A stretch of 64,000 nucleotides of DNA from Octopus sinensis (taxonomy: Eukaryota): contig NC_043013.1 in NCBI RefSeq assembly GCF_006345805.1, positions 54,312,001-54,376,000 of the forward strand, given 5' to 3'. Made by a program: the position numbers and the translations under genes. Under the pieces are notes generated by a model. It was not told where the DNA came from. It did not search any database and saw nothing but the letters and a program-made list of their open reading frames with translations. Of the stretch, positions 23,820 through 37,110 are shown in pieces; the first letter of the stretch is position 1, and each line of letters begins with the position of its first letter.

Positions 23820-24120
23820 CACACATCTTTTTCCTTTTCTTGTGGCCATGCTGGGGCACTGCCTTGAAGAAATTTTAGTTGAAAGAATTGAGCCTAGTAC
23901 TCTTTCTTTATAAGCCTAGTACATATCCACACACACATGCACACACACACACACACACACACGTAATTATGTAGGCACAGACATGGCTGTGTGGTTAAGA
24001 AGCACACATAATAGCCATATGACTTTTGGATGAGTCCAACTGTGTAGTAAATTTGGTCAAGTGTCTTCTGTTGTTATCCCCAACACACTATGAGAGAATG
24101 TTGCAGAGGAGAACTGAAAG
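23820..24120. mobile_element. SINE B tail (minus) and SINE B head (plus) separated by (CA)n
   Basis: ggccatgctggggcactgccttgaag...tagtactctttc; ggcacagacatggctgtgtggttaagaagc. Confidence 0.65.
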
Positions 24121-24374
24121 ATAAGCATACAGATGACTGCCTATATGTACATTTATACATACATACATACTTACTTAGCTAATATAAAGAAAATGAAGAG
24201 TTTGAACACAGCAAAATGAATTTATTTACATAATAGTCAATTTCATAATGCCTACACATGTTTCAATATCTACTTTCGTTCATATTTTACAATTTCACAA
24301 TATGAATGAAGGTAGATATTGAAACATGTGTAGGTATGGTCATGAGGACAGCTGTGTAAAGAATCGTTAATCTC

Positions 24375-24800
24375 TAACTGTGGAGGGGACCTGTGGTAGA
24401 GGTTGATTGAAGAAGACATGGGACAAGGTAGCGAAGCATGATCATTGAAATTTGGGCCTCGTGGAGGCAATGACTAGTGACCAAGACCTTTGGTGATATT
24501 CTGTGCTTAAGAAGACCCACCAAGCCAAGTGAAATCATGGTCATGGCTGATGCTGGTATCACTTAACTGGCACCCATGCCAGTGGCACATAAAAAAGCAC
24601 CTTTCAAGCATTGGGCCTTACTGAGGCAAGGTGGCCAATGCCAGTGGTATGAGAAAAGCAACTTTTGAGTGTTGGGCCTCATGGTGGCAATGACAAATGA
24701 CCAAGACCTTTGGCATTATGTTGTGCTTGAGAAGAAAACCCATTAAGCTGAGCAAAATTGCAGTCATGGTAGGTACTGGTGTCATGCAAATGGCACTGTT
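24375..24800 (+). pseudogene. RTE ORF end and 3' UTR with internal duplication
   Basis: VEGTCGRG*LKKTWDKVAKHD...LGLVEAMTSDQDLW*YSVLKKTHQAK*; ttgggcctc.tgg.ggcaatgac...gaccaagacctttgg occurs at about 24452 and 24672. Confidence 0.82.
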
Positions 24801-25230
24801 GTTCAGATTAGCAATAAAGAAAAGAAGCAAAATTTCAAATTCCAGCCAAGGTCCAGACTAAATCAGGCATAGCTGCAGCTCCTTCCGTCTTACGCAGCTT
24901 TCAAAAACAATGAAATTGTGAAACATGACAGGTAAATGTGAACAAATGTTTTTAAAGGTCTTTCAACCAATTTTTCCCCTTTACACTTCTACTTGTGCAA
25001 AAAACAGTCACACACACACACACACACACACATATAAATATATAAATATATATATATGTGTGTGTGTGTATGTATGTCAATCACAATCAAGGACACAGAC
25101 TTGCATTTTACAACCATGATATGCTACTAAGTCTATAATAGGTTTACAAGTCAATATTGTGCCTTCCTCTTGTGTTTGCAGTGCATGTTCTGATTTTCAA
25201 GTTTACCTCTACTGGTTTTCTACAGAGATA

Positions 25231-25318
<88 letters not shown>

Positions 25319-26029
25319 GTACACATTTATACACACATATTTACATATGTGTATGTATGTAATTACATTACATACACACACTATGGCTGGTAGTGAATAT
25401 TTTTAAATGTGAGGGTGTTAATCGAGTGGCTGTGTAACATATGAAGGAAAGTTGTGGTTAGCATGGCTTAGAGATGGTTACTCTCTGGAGAGATACATTA
25501 TCATTGTAACTTTAATTGACTATGATTTCAGAATATCAAGGTGTTAATTTACTTGCCTGCATTAACGATTAGTCCCGAAAGCATTCAACACAAGTTTAAG
25601 CAGAATTTGAAGGAAATATTTCCTGATTTAATGTATCGGGAAATTACATTAAGCTACCACATTAAACTGCTCATTAAACAGACCTCAGCCTCACTCAAGA
25701 CTAGCAAACATTATTGAGTCACTACAGACATTATCGATTTCACCTAACAACAAGAAAACAAACAATAATAAAAATAATGATTCCTTTTAGGTGATTATGG
25801 GGCCAAATATCCCAGTCTAATAATAATATTAATTATAATTTCTTTTATTAAACCAAAAGGACCGCAAATATAATGGTGATGCTTTGCTGATACTTATATT
25901 GTAATGATTTCAGAAGGGATGGAAGGTTAAGATATAAACACCAGAAGGTATTTTGTCTGCTACTGTACTGATTCTATGATTTTAATAATAATAACCACAA
26001 CAATAACAGCATCAACTATTGGATATAAC

Positions 26030-26310
26030 TGAATTAAAGGCCTTTAAAATTCTTTGGAATTTGAAATTCAATGTAATCATTTATGAGAGAGATGGAGAGC
26101 AGATATTATTGATGTTGAGGCAGCGAGATTATTATATTAAATCAATATTTGGTGATGCCAGAATTAGAGACAAAGAACAAGTTAGGAATTACAATCTCAA
26201 GATTTAGATTGTAACTGTGTGATCATCAAAGCTAGTTGTAATACCAGAGTGGTGTGGGAGATTCTCTTAGGAATGGTCTCTGACATATTAGAACAGTTGT
26301 TCACAATGAG
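26030..26310 (+). pseudogene. Decayed Dong/R4-clade restriction-like endonuclease fragment
   Basis: KILWN, GDARIRDKEQ, YNLKI*I, VVIP and LGMVS follow the R4/Dong order KILWDF, PGDARI.EKE.EK..KY.DL.IE, VVIP.VVGALG. Confidence 0.62.
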
Positions 26311-26639
26311 AGGAATTCGTATGAAGACAAAACTTCAAATGTAAACAGCTTTATAAGGTCGATCTATAGGATTGTGGACAGTATTAGAGATCAAAGATAA
26401 ACTCTAAATAAAGTTAGTGTGTGATGTTCTGGGCGTCATTGTTACCAAAAACAATACCCTGTTTTAGAATAGCCTGGAAATAAGAAAAGGAATCATGATA
26501 GAACAAAATAGCTTTCATATATAATGCCACAAATTGACAAAATATCTATCAAGATGCTATTTTAGACATTTTAAAACATTTCAAACCCAAAAACCAATTG
26601 GTTATTTTCTTTTGGTTCTTATTTTGTCTTTAAGTAGAG

Positions 26640-27430
26640 TTTAGTTCTTCTCTATATAATATTTTCTACTAATTCCATCAACGACTTTTGTGTCCCGTTG
26701 CCATCTCTTTTATGTGTAATAAATGTTTGGCCATTTAATAATCTCGTCAACAGCTTCTCTGTTCAACCTTCATCTGCTTCATGTTCTACTGCATTACTTC
26801 AAATATTTGCCGATGACTTTCTTTTTGATTCTCTTAAATCTGGCATTTCATTTCCATAATATTCTTCAATACAGCTCAGCTATTCATAAAATTTCCACTT
26901 ATTGTTTCCACACACTCTGGATTTCTTTTTTTTTTTGTTTTTGACTTCATTGTTCTATTTGTTATCCATAACTATCTTCCCAATCTTTTCCATCTTCACC
27001 GTAGTTCTTCATTCTATTTCTTCTTTTACAGTTTGTTATCTCCGCAGTTTGTCATGACCTATATTTCCTACAGAACGCTTCTTGTTTCTGATGGTTTTCA
27101 TCCTAAGGAAAACTAACTTCAAATTCCTTTCACTCCTTCTATCCCTTCAGCCTCCTTTCCACTTCCGTTTTATCTGATTTCCTTCTCTAATCTCTGTATA
27201 ATATTTTTGTGACTTGTACACATTTACACAATATAACAGATCATTGATATCACAGTAGATTCTTTTTTTTTTATGCTGACAAGACTAATCTGGCCATCTT
27301 GATTGCCCTTAATGATGCCAACCTTTCTAGCTGAACGTTCTTTAGTTATTCCATTATTTCCTAATTCATTTATAACTTTTTCTTCACATCTCTGAATATT
27401 CTGAAACTTGCCATTTATATTCATTAGTAG
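26640..27430 (-). pseudogene. Decayed RTE LINE, region between endonuclease and RT
   Basis: EIQSVWKQ*VEIL* resembles EDIKKRWQEYTEELY; KQMK...AVDEI and LMELVEKILY follow in the expected order. Confidence 0.6.
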
Positions 27431-27712
27431 TCATTGTTTTTTTTTCCTCTTCCACCTGTGTCACTGTTTTCCTGACATTCAACATTTCCTTTTCATCCTA
27501 TAACCTGTTGGCGGTGATGGAAGCAGTAGTAGTAGTAGTGATAATAACGATGATGATTTTTTGACCTAGATGCATGGCCAGTAATTTTGGTGATACCATA
27601 TTCTAGTTCTTGATTAGAATTTTATTGACCTCACCCATGTCGACAACTGCTGCTTCTCCCTCCCCTCCATTCTCCCTCATATATCCACCTACCTGCACAC
27701 AATATACTCCCT

Positions 27713-27943
27713 TATTTCTTTATTGCCCACAAGGGGTTAAATGTAGAGGGGACAAACAAGGAAAGACAAAAGGATTAAGTCGATTACATCGACCCCACTA
27801 CGTAAATGGTACTTAATTTATCGACCCCGAAAGGATGAAGGGCAAAGTTGACCTCGGCATAATTTGAACTCAGAACGTTACGGCAGATGAAATGCCGCTA
27901 AGCATTTTGCCCGGCGTGCTAACATTTCTGCCAGCTCGCCGCT
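27713..27943 (-). mobile_element. Full-length young SINE family A with 10-bp TSD
   Basis: TATACTCCCT at 27703-27712 and 27944-27953; CpGs retained. Confidence 0.93.
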
Positions 27944-28059
27944 TATACTCCCTATTAAGTCCCATTCATTCCACTCCACTTCTAGCTCACATCTTTTGAA
28001 ATCTTGTAAAGTAACACACCTCCACAATACTTCTCCTTAGCACCAGTCGAAGGGGTATT

Positions 28060-28285
28060 TTTCTGCAAGTTACTTGGTGACCTCACTGCTGCTGGTGCCA
28101 TATAAAAAGCACCCAGTACACTCTGCAAAGTGGTTGGTATTAGGAAAAGGGCATCGTGCCATAGAAAACATGCTGAAAGAGACAGCAGAGCTTGGTGCAG
28201 ACTTCTGAAATGCCAGTTCCTGTCAAACTGTCCAACCCATGCTAGCATGGAAAACGGATGTCAAATGATGATGATGATGATGATC
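28060..28285 (+). mobile_element. RTE 3' tail family E
   Basis: aaaagcacccagtacactc...gggcatc...ccatgctagcatggaaaacggatgtcaaa(TGA)n. Confidence 0.85.
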
Positions 28286-28985
28286 TCACTGAGATTTGAA
28301 TTCTGAGCATGAAAAGCTGTAATTAGATGCTACAAGGTGTAGTGTCTGACACTCTGGCAGGTCTACCATAACCACTTACTTTATTTTTATGTACCTCATT
28401 ATCGTTGTTATTATTATTACCAGTAGTAGTAGTAATAGTAGTAGTATGTTTGCTGATCATATTATGATTATTATGACAATTACTGGTACGTGGGTGGCAG
28501 ACTTAATCAGCTGACTAGTTTTACACCACCACCTGGCTCTAGAGTACCTTGAATGGAATCCATCCTGCGGCAAGCTTTAGGGCCAGGCCTGTGGATAACT
28601 TCATTTGCTTCCATTATCTGAGAAGCTCAGAAAAGTGCCATGCTTGCCTACCCCCCCACTTCAAAAACATGACATGTTACAAAAAAATAAAACAAATATA
28701 TGTTGCACAGACAATATTTTACTGATTCCAGACTTTGTAAAGCAATTATTATTGATATTTACAAAAAAATGGGTAAAGTGTTAAACTGGCAGAATCTTTA
28801 AAGCATTAGAAATGTGCTTTCTTTGAATTCTGCGTTCAAATCTTATATGCGTCAGTTTTGCCATTCATCTGCTTGAGTCAATGAAGTACCTGTAAGGTAT
28901 AAGAGTCTGTTGTCGAATGAATCCATCCCCATTAATATTGCTCACCTTGTGTTGAAATGGGAAACCATTATTATTATTACTATTA

Positions 28986-29020
<35 letters not shown>

Positions 29021-29740
29021 GAGTGAGCGAGCAGAGCATGCCATGAAAGTGACACTGGGGTAAAATATACGAAGCCCAGTATACCCATCATGACTACCCG
29101 TCTGCTAAGGGTACACCAGGCACATGCATCACAACCATATGTGCGCGACATGGTGATCTCATATCAAGATAAACAGCACATGACCTTGCAGGTGGAGCCC
29201 AGTTAGAATTTTCTTCAGATCGAGTAACCCATCCCACTCAAAAGGTCCCTGAATAAGGGTTGTTTAAGGACGTTGAACGAAACACCTACACTTGCGCCAG
29301 AAATTAATTAGCACTTCTCAAATTTCTACATTAAATAGGTTAAATCAATTAACCTTATGAGCTGTTCAAAACGTCTTACGCGATGAGAAAACTTAGTATG
29401 GTGTGATTTCGGTCCTTGCGAGGCGCTACCTATATCTATTAAACAAAGGAAGATTTGTCTGCATCCGCACTCCAAGTTGTTGCACTGCTATGTCAACATC
29501 ATAAGGCTGTAGACTCTCAAACTGCTCTGCAAACAAAGTTACGTCATCGTTCTGCGCAACAGTGAACTCGCAACAAAGCAATAGTTCGAGATATGGCCAC
29601 TAGGTGATAGCACATACCTTGAGTGAAGAGAAAATCAAGGGTGCTAATTAATTTCTGACGGTAGTGTATGTTTCCAGAGGTGAGTTATTCAAACCCCAAA
29701 GAATTCTTCTCAACACATGGCTATGATGCTCCCCCACCTT
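29021..29740 (-). mobile_element. 5'-truncated repeat D flanked both sides by (AAT)n, interrupted by a MITE
   Basis: Homology to 2300-2640; plus-strand (TAT)n at 28966-29020 and 29741-29757. Confidence 0.88.
29289..29666. mobile_element. Tc1/mariner-type MITE, 378 bp, TA TSD
   Basis: TIRs CACTTGCGCCAGAAATTAATTAGCAC and GTGCTAATTAATTTCTGACGGTAGTG; TA at 29287-29288 and 29667-29668; host repeat reads through (aacacc..tgtttccagagg). Confidence 0.9.
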
Positions 29741-30759
29741 ATTATTATTATTATCATTAACATCGTCAAAAAGTTGAAATTTAAAAAAGTATTTTTTAAA
29801 TAATATCAAATAAATAATGATATAATATTTAATAATAATTAAAGTTTTTAATATATATAGTATATGAGATTGCAAATACAAAGTTGATCGATAACAAAAT
29901 GGTAATGCTATGTAGAAATATGTAATTATAGAGATATTTTGATATTCCCTAACGAAAATGTGAAGTTTTTACTGCTTCAGTTTAAAACAAATTTAAAAAA
30001 GAAAACTAAAGAAAAAAAAAGATTGAAGAAAAAACGTAGTTTATAGTCCTTTGATTTCCGATAATAATGGACGCAGTTCATTGCTTCAATTCTAAATTAC
30101 TTCCGTGAATGTTACTTAAAACCAAATGGAATGTTATAGAAAACTAAATTGTGGAGCCATAGAATGGGGTGAAACTAGTTGGAGAATGCAGTAATATATG
30201 ATTAATTTATTCCAAATATAAATGGAAAGTGTTTCATAGAAACAACATTAATGGTAAAAAAAAAAAAAAAAGCAAGGAAATTTAACCATTTCTATAAAAC
30301 TGGACTCAATAAATCTGAGAAATGATCTTTGTGTGTTATGGAAGAAGTTTTCTTGAGGCTGACGATTGCTTTTGGAAGATATGAAAATTGGTAACACCAG
30401 ATCTAGGCTGCCAGGCTTAATGTAACCATGACAACTTGGCATTTTTGGAGTCATACCAGTACAAGAAATAGGTATATGCCACCAAACCATAACAAGGTTT
30501 GGTAACTCCTCCTCTTACTGTTTCCATACCTATGGACGGACACACACACACACACACACATTAATGTTTTTTATGTGTGTATATATATATATATATATGA
30601 AAAAATCCCATTGAATTGAGGGATTACTTCATAACTTTTGGGAACACATGACAGTGACTTTAAAGTTGTGGGTATATAGCATTCTTTATCAGGCTGCCAT
30701 GTGTATGTTGGCATGCATGAATGCTACTACATCTGTCATATAAAACCAATGTGAATTGG

Positions 30760-30990
30760 TGTCATGTAATGATTGCAGATGCCCTTGTCAACATCCTCTC
30801 AGCTCTGACTCCTTGTGACCCGGAGAAACAGCCAGAATGTAATGGTTGGCAAGAGAGAGGCCTGTATAAATACTTGTTACTCATTTGAATTGAGCAGCAA
30901 TAAATATTGCTCTTTGTTGAAGGACACAAGACACTGCTTGGTTCAGGAGTTGAACCCATAATCTTATACTTGTGAGTCCAATCCAATTAG
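30760..30990 (-). mobile_element. Decayed CORE-type SINE
   Basis: Minus strand gggttcaactcctg...gtgtcttgtgtccttcaacaaagagc. Confidence 0.55.
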
Positions 30991-31835
30991 AACACATACC
31001 TTTATCGTGTGTGTGTGAAATACCTCTTTCTTGCCAACAAATGTGAAATGGAAATAAGTTGGTAAGAAAGAGAAAAACATGGAAGTTTCAGGTATTTTTT
31101 ACGAATTCCTGTTGGGTTGATATGAACAGTGACTCTGTTTTAGCTGATTGTCACACAACACTAAATATTAAGCAATTTAATTTCTAGAGAAGAAAATCTC
31201 TTTTGGACTGTCTTCAGTTGGATGATAATCATAACTGGAGAAGATTTATTGAGTTTAATTTTGACACCCCAACCACGCCACTAGTTATTTCAAAAGAAAA
31301 TACAAAAACCATGGAATAAATAACAAAATTCTAGTCAAGTTTAGAAACTGTTGTAATGGTAACAGAGGTTGCCGAGGGTGAACTTATGTTAGAATAATAC
31401 TGACAGAGTGAAAACATTGCCCACAAAATTTTACATGTCTTAAATATGTGAACAATATTCCATCAGGTGGCATATGTTGTAGTTCTGATAGATTGTGATC
31501 AGATCTTCTTTGCTGAAGTATTATCTGGTTCTGAAAACAGAAGGTCAAGCAATAAGGTAGTTTTGCTTAGGTGAAATACATGAAGAGTCACCACAGAGAT
31601 ATAATGCCCCATTTACAGTAGAATTTATAATGAGTATCATTGTGTTAATGAGTATCATTGTTTTCATGTTATGGAGTTTTAATGCTGTGGATTTTTAGGT
31701 TCATTAGGCAAAATGTTTTTGTTCGCAGAAGATATACATATGTCTGGAAAAATATAACTAAATCTGAATGGGTGTAATCTATATGAAGACTGTAAGGGAG
31801 GTAAATGATGCACTGAAATACAGTATTACCATTTG

Positions 31836-32051
31836 TGAAGGGGTGTTGAAAAGTTCCAGGCTTTGGGTAAAAGAAAATACAGAGGGATCAGTCAATTATG
31901 ATTTTGTTCAGCATATTCCCTTCTCAGGTTCACACACTTATTGCAGTGGTCCTTCAGTTTTTCTAAGCCCTGTAAAAGAACTCAAAAGGTAGGGCCTCCA
32001 ACCAGGCCTTTTGCAATACCCTTAAAACCAGGAAATTTTCAGCACTCCTTG
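31836..32051. mobile_element. Mariner-derived MITE (about 215 bp)
   Basis: Imperfect TIRs gaaggggtgttgaaaagttccaggcttt and aaaaccaggaaattttcagcactccttg; TA TSDs eroded. Confidence 0.75.
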
Positions 32052-33059
32052 TTTACAGGGTGACTTGAGATAAAAGAGATATGTTTATAAATATGCCCTA
32101 AAAATATTTGCCATGTTTACTTTTTGGAAGTGATAAGCTATTGGCTTTGAATTATCAAAGTTAATTTCTACCTGACATATTCTCAATATATAATTATTTT
32201 AGCAGGGAAAGAATATGAGGATTTTTTAGTATATTTCTGATATATATTTAGCCTTTAGAACATAATTAACATTCCCACCTGTTTTGGAGGTGAAATGAAC
32301 ACTTTGTAAGTGATAGGGTAATAACACTTATAAAATATCTGTATTTGTGATGGAAATAGTTGGGTAGTTTATATTAGGCAGCACCAGTTGAATAACATGT
32401 ATTATGGTGATTAATATCAAAAGTTATATCAAGATTTCAATAACAATATATAATGGGGTTTCATACTGACATAACATCATGATATAAATAGCAGTATGCA
32501 TGATGAAGCGGTTATTACACCAGGATCTAAATATCAGAATGTGTTACGAAGTTTTAATCTGAAAGTGATTACATTAGGAATTAAATAAGAAAATGTATAA
32601 TGGAGTCTAAATAAAAGCTTTCACATCATGATTTAAATAATATTATCATGGAGTTTTGTACTGGAAGTTATTACATATTTTTAAAGAATAAATTATCAAC
32701 TTGTTGAACTGAACTTCACCAAATATTTAATCAATTCCTCCAGAATATTCCAACATTGACAATTTTATGACGTTTTATGTTTATAAAATGAAGATTGAGA
32801 TTTTTAATATTAGCACGTAAACTTAACACTTGTATATTTGAATTATGAGAAGTTTAAATTATATTATAATTACTTACTGAATATTGTATGTGCAGGAAAA
32901 TATGATCTTTACATAAACTAATTTCATTATAATTTATAATGAATAAAATGAACTGAAAGGAAGTGTCTCAACACTCACATAGAAAGGATAAAGGATTGCC
33001 AAAACAATATTCTTCAACAAATAACTGTCTCTATTTTTCAGTGTTAGCGGTCATTTCTT

Positions 33060-33270
33060 ATTATCAGAATGGTTTGAATGTTGAAGAAAATGCTAAGCTG
33101 CTTGTCTTTCAGTTCCTTGCTTTCTGAGTTCGAATTACACCGAGGTCAACTTTGCCTTTCATCCCTCCAAGGATTAATAAAGTACTAGTCATGTACTTGC
33201 TTTGACAAAGCATAACCTCCACCCCCACCTCAAAATTGTTGGTCTTATGCCTAAATTACAAACCATTATT
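33060..33270 (+). mobile_element. SINE family A (decayed)
   Basis: ttctgagttcgaattacaccgaggtcaactttgcctttcatcc. Confidence 0.8.
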
Positions 33271-34294
33271 ATTGTTTACACTAAATTTCTTTATTTTCTT
33301 TGTCAAAGTAATTATTTAGAAAGTCATTGTTTTCTTCTACTGTCCCTAATTAGTGTTGGCATCAATTTCAGTTGGTTTTTATTTGAAGTTCTCAGATTAT
33401 GTTTATATTTCAAATCACCAAGCAAAGAAGAAGAAAGAAAAAATGCTGATGGCCTGTGTACTACTTTATTATTCTGTTTAATCAAATGTAATTAAAAAAA
33501 AAGTTCAATAGTATCTTAGAAATTGGGCAGCATCAATTAATACAATGCTAATTAGAGCTTATATGAAAACACAGAGCTCAAAAATTTTCCTGACAGCAAT
33601 TACAAAGGTAGTTATATGTTCCTTTAAGAAGAGAGAAAGAAAAAAAACCTACTAAAATAATAAATTTGAAAAATCATTTGTGTTTTGAGCTCCCTTATCA
33701 ATCTGCAATTAAAAAAAAATAAAGGACAGGTATGATATTTGGTTGGAAGTTATGATTCATGTCAATGTCATTGCTATTTTATAATTAACATAAATTAAAA
33801 TTACCACAAAATTTAAAAGTGAGATAATTTCTTCTATTCTGAAATTTGAAAGTAAATTTGATTCCCATTCAGCATGGCAGTTAACTGCAGTGTTATTTTA
33901 AAATTTCAAAATTCAGTTAAAAATAATTGTTGACACTTCTTAACTGAACAGTATACCAACGAAAAGCATGTTTTACTGCCAGAAATATTAGAAGACCTGA
34001 AATATAGCTCATGAATCATTTTTGCTTTAATTATTCAGAGTATATTGTAGTGATCTTTAAATAAATAATTTGTGTCTAGAGTGAGCTGGACTAAACCTTT
34101 TGACACCAATGTGACCACCAATGCTTCTATGGTACAAACTTTTTGTATTAGACTTATTGAAATGAAAAACTTCCCTCAAAATTTCATGTTAAATTCTCTT
34201 TCATACACCAAGTAAATTATGACACCAGTATATATTTGACTCTTGATTGTAATAGCTTCATTGCTTTATATATAAATCTATCTGTCTGTCTCTG

Positions 34295-34325
<31 letters not shown>

Positions 34326-34399
34326 TTATATTTATATGTACACACTTTTATATGTGTGCATATACATATGTTAAATTGAATTGCTCAGATATGGATGTG

Positions 34400-34876
34400 A
34401 TATATCTTAAAGGTTGATCATAGAATGATATGCCACAAATAGCAAAGACTTGGATTAGTTGGAAAACTGGGAAAGTGGTTTCATGACATCTTAAAAGGCA
34501 GAGGCCAGGCTGTAGCAGCCATTCAAGCCCTCTATATTTTATGGCTGATGATATGTGCATCTCTGATCATGAGCAGGAATAGTGGAGGAGCATCATAGTC
34601 ATGTGTTGAGAGGAATACTTTGGAGTTTGAATAATTCACATCTGGAAACATGGGTGTTTCATTCATCATCCTTAAACAAACCTTATTCAGGGATTTTTTG
34701 AGGTGGATGAGCTACATGGTCTGAAGAAAATTCTAGCTGGGCCCCACATGCAAAAAGACCCTGTGCTCTTTATTTTGATATGAGATCACCATGTCTTGTA
34801 CATATATTTAAGATGTTTGAGCCTTGTGTACCCTTTTCAGATGGGTAGCCATGATGGGTATATTCTCAGTCAGTAA

Positions 34877-34912
<36 letters not shown>

Positions 34913-34920
34913 CAACAACA
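34400..34920 (+). mobile_element. Repeat D with an alternative 5' region, (AAT)n(AAC)n tail
   Basis: Shared D module from about 34542; upstream 34400-34540 differs from the 2121 copy. Confidence 0.8.
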
Positions 34921-35566
34921 ATCCTTTCTACTATTGACAAAATTTTGGTGGGAATTGGGGCTAGACAATTACATCAACCCCAGTACTATTTCATCAACCC
35001 TGAAAAGATGAAAGACAAGGTTGGTCTCAGCAGAATTTGAACTCAGAAAGTAAGGATGGATGAAATGCTACGAAGCATTTTGTTTGACTTGTTATCCATT
35101 CTGCCAGATTGCCACCTTAATGATGATAATAATAATCCTTTCTACTAAAGGCACAGGGCCTGAAATTTAGGGGGAAGGGGCTAGTTGATTACATTGATCC
35201 CTAGGGTTTCACGGGTACTTAATTTATAGACCCCAAAAGGATGAAAGGCAAAGTCAACCTTGGTGGAATTTGGACTCAGAACATAAAGATGAATGAAATG
35301 CTACTGAGAATGCTAATGATTCTGCTAGCTTGCTGCCTTAATAATAATAATCCTTTCTACAATAGGCACAAGGCCCGAAATTTGGGGAAGGGGGATAGTC
35401 GATAACATCAACCCCCAGTACTCAACTGGTACTTAATTTATCGACCCCCAAAAGGGTGAAAAGCAAAGTGAACCTCAGCAGAATTTGAACTCAGGACATA
35501 AAGAGAAACAAAATACCGCTAAGCATTTCACCTGGCACACTAACGATTCTGCCAACCTGCTGCCTC
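34921..35566 (-). mobile_element. Three head-to-tail SINE family A copies separated by (AAT)n
   Basis: Units near 34921-35118, 35134-35338 and 35349-35566. Confidence 0.9.
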
Positions 35567-35590
35567 TTAGAAATAATAATAATTATAATA

Positions 35591-36100
35591 TTCATCATTA
35601 GTGCTTATGAAAGTTTTGCACTGGAAGATTACGAGCACAGACATGACAAAGTAGCTGTAAAACTTCACTTGCTCTTGTACCAGAGGTACGGATATGAGAT
35701 AACAGGCACACTTGGTACCAACATACACCGAGAAAGGTAATGGGCAAAAACAGGAAGGCAAAGGTCTTCTGGGACTTCCAGACCTACAAGGTGTTAGAGG
35801 TGCCTAATGATTGACATGGCAGTGCCAGGAGATCGACTTATTATCTTGAAAGAAAGAGAAAAGGTTGACAGATATGGAGACCTGCAAATTGAGATCACCA
35901 AGATGTGGTTGCTGCAAGATTCAAGCGTAAAGGATGTTCCTGTGTCATTGAAGGATTGGGTTGAACACCACCCCCACTGCAGAAACCTCTGGACACTTTA
36001 TAAATACCCTACAATCTTTGTGCTTTGCAAAAATCGGTTTTACTTGGAACTGCATAAAGTACTGTCTGTCTGAGGTCGTTGCTGTGACAGTATAAACCCC
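35591..36100 (+). pseudogene. Dong/R4-clade non-LTR retrotransposon 3' fragment (zinc-knuckle end plus restriction-like endonuclease)
   Basis: IISAYESFALEDYEHRHDKVAVKLH, WYQHTPRKV...KAKVFWDFQT, IDMAVPGD..IILKEREKVDRYGDLQIEITKMW; frameshift and loss of the RPD segment. Confidence 0.85.
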
Positions 36101-36829
36101 CCAGTTTACACAATATTATCAATTTACATCACAATATTGGATCCTGTGCAGGTTTGGTCATCATCATCATCATCACCATTAATAAAGACTAATTTCCATA
36201 ATATGGAGTTAATAGATTTTAGAGAAATTCAAACTCAGTAGTGTAAAGGTGCATGAAGTATTGAAAAATATAAATTTGAATCACTTGATATTAGAAAGTT
36301 GTCGAGAGAATAAAAATGGTGTAGAACAGAACATGTAATAAAGTGTTGTAGAGAAGTAAATTTACATTTGACACAAATTCTTTGATGAGTTGATAGGTGT
36401 TGCCTCAGTTAGGAAGAATTTATTGACAAAATATATTCCAAAGAATTTGAAACCTATCACCCAAAATATAATGGAGAGTAAGACTTAACAATGATCACAT
36501 TTTGTTAGAAAGTTAATAGAAGTGCTACTAAGAAGATATATGAGAAGAGGTGGGGGGGAATCTGGAATTATTGGAACAGAAGTTTATTGTGAAATGTATA
36601 CCAGCAATGGAGTATTCAACATTCTATTAAAACTGATTGGCTCTAGTGTTACATATTGTCATCACCTCCAAAATCATATTATGAAAAGAAAACAAAAATT
36701 GATTAGTAATATTTCACTTTGTAGATGGTCATATTGCAAATAGGAAATCAGAGTGAAAATATTTAATGTAAATGAAGTGTTAGACTTGTATATGTGATGA
36801 GGTGGTGGGTGTGGAGGGAAGGCATCTAT

Positions 36830-37110
36830 AACTTTGCATCTAGGGTGTTGGTCTCTCAATCAGAAAGTCATTGGTTCAATTTCTAGATTGAGGGGTGCAT
36901 TGTGACCTTAAGCAAGGTATTCATTTCATGTTGTTTGCCTTACTGGCACTTGTGCCCCATGTTAGTAGGGTGTTAAGAGCACCATCTGAGCATGATCGTT
37001 GCCAAAAGGGCTAACTGGCTTCCGTGATCATTACCAGCACTGCCTTACTGGCACCAGGGCCAGTGGCATGTGTAAAAAGATTCGAGCAAGGTCGTTGCCA
37101 GTACTGCCTG
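36830..37110 (+). mobile_element. Decayed CORE-SINE head plus internally repetitive retroposon fragment
   Basis: ggttcaatttc...ttgtgaccttaagcaagg; then repeated gatcgttgcc/gatcattacc/ggtcgttgcc and ttactggcac units like RTE 3' UTRs. Confidence 0.55.

Noticed and set aside
27955-27995. Minus-strand CELEVEWNEW as a possible next THSD7 exon
   Set aside because: No following Cys or TSR pattern, no convincing splice sites, and it lies between two repeats.
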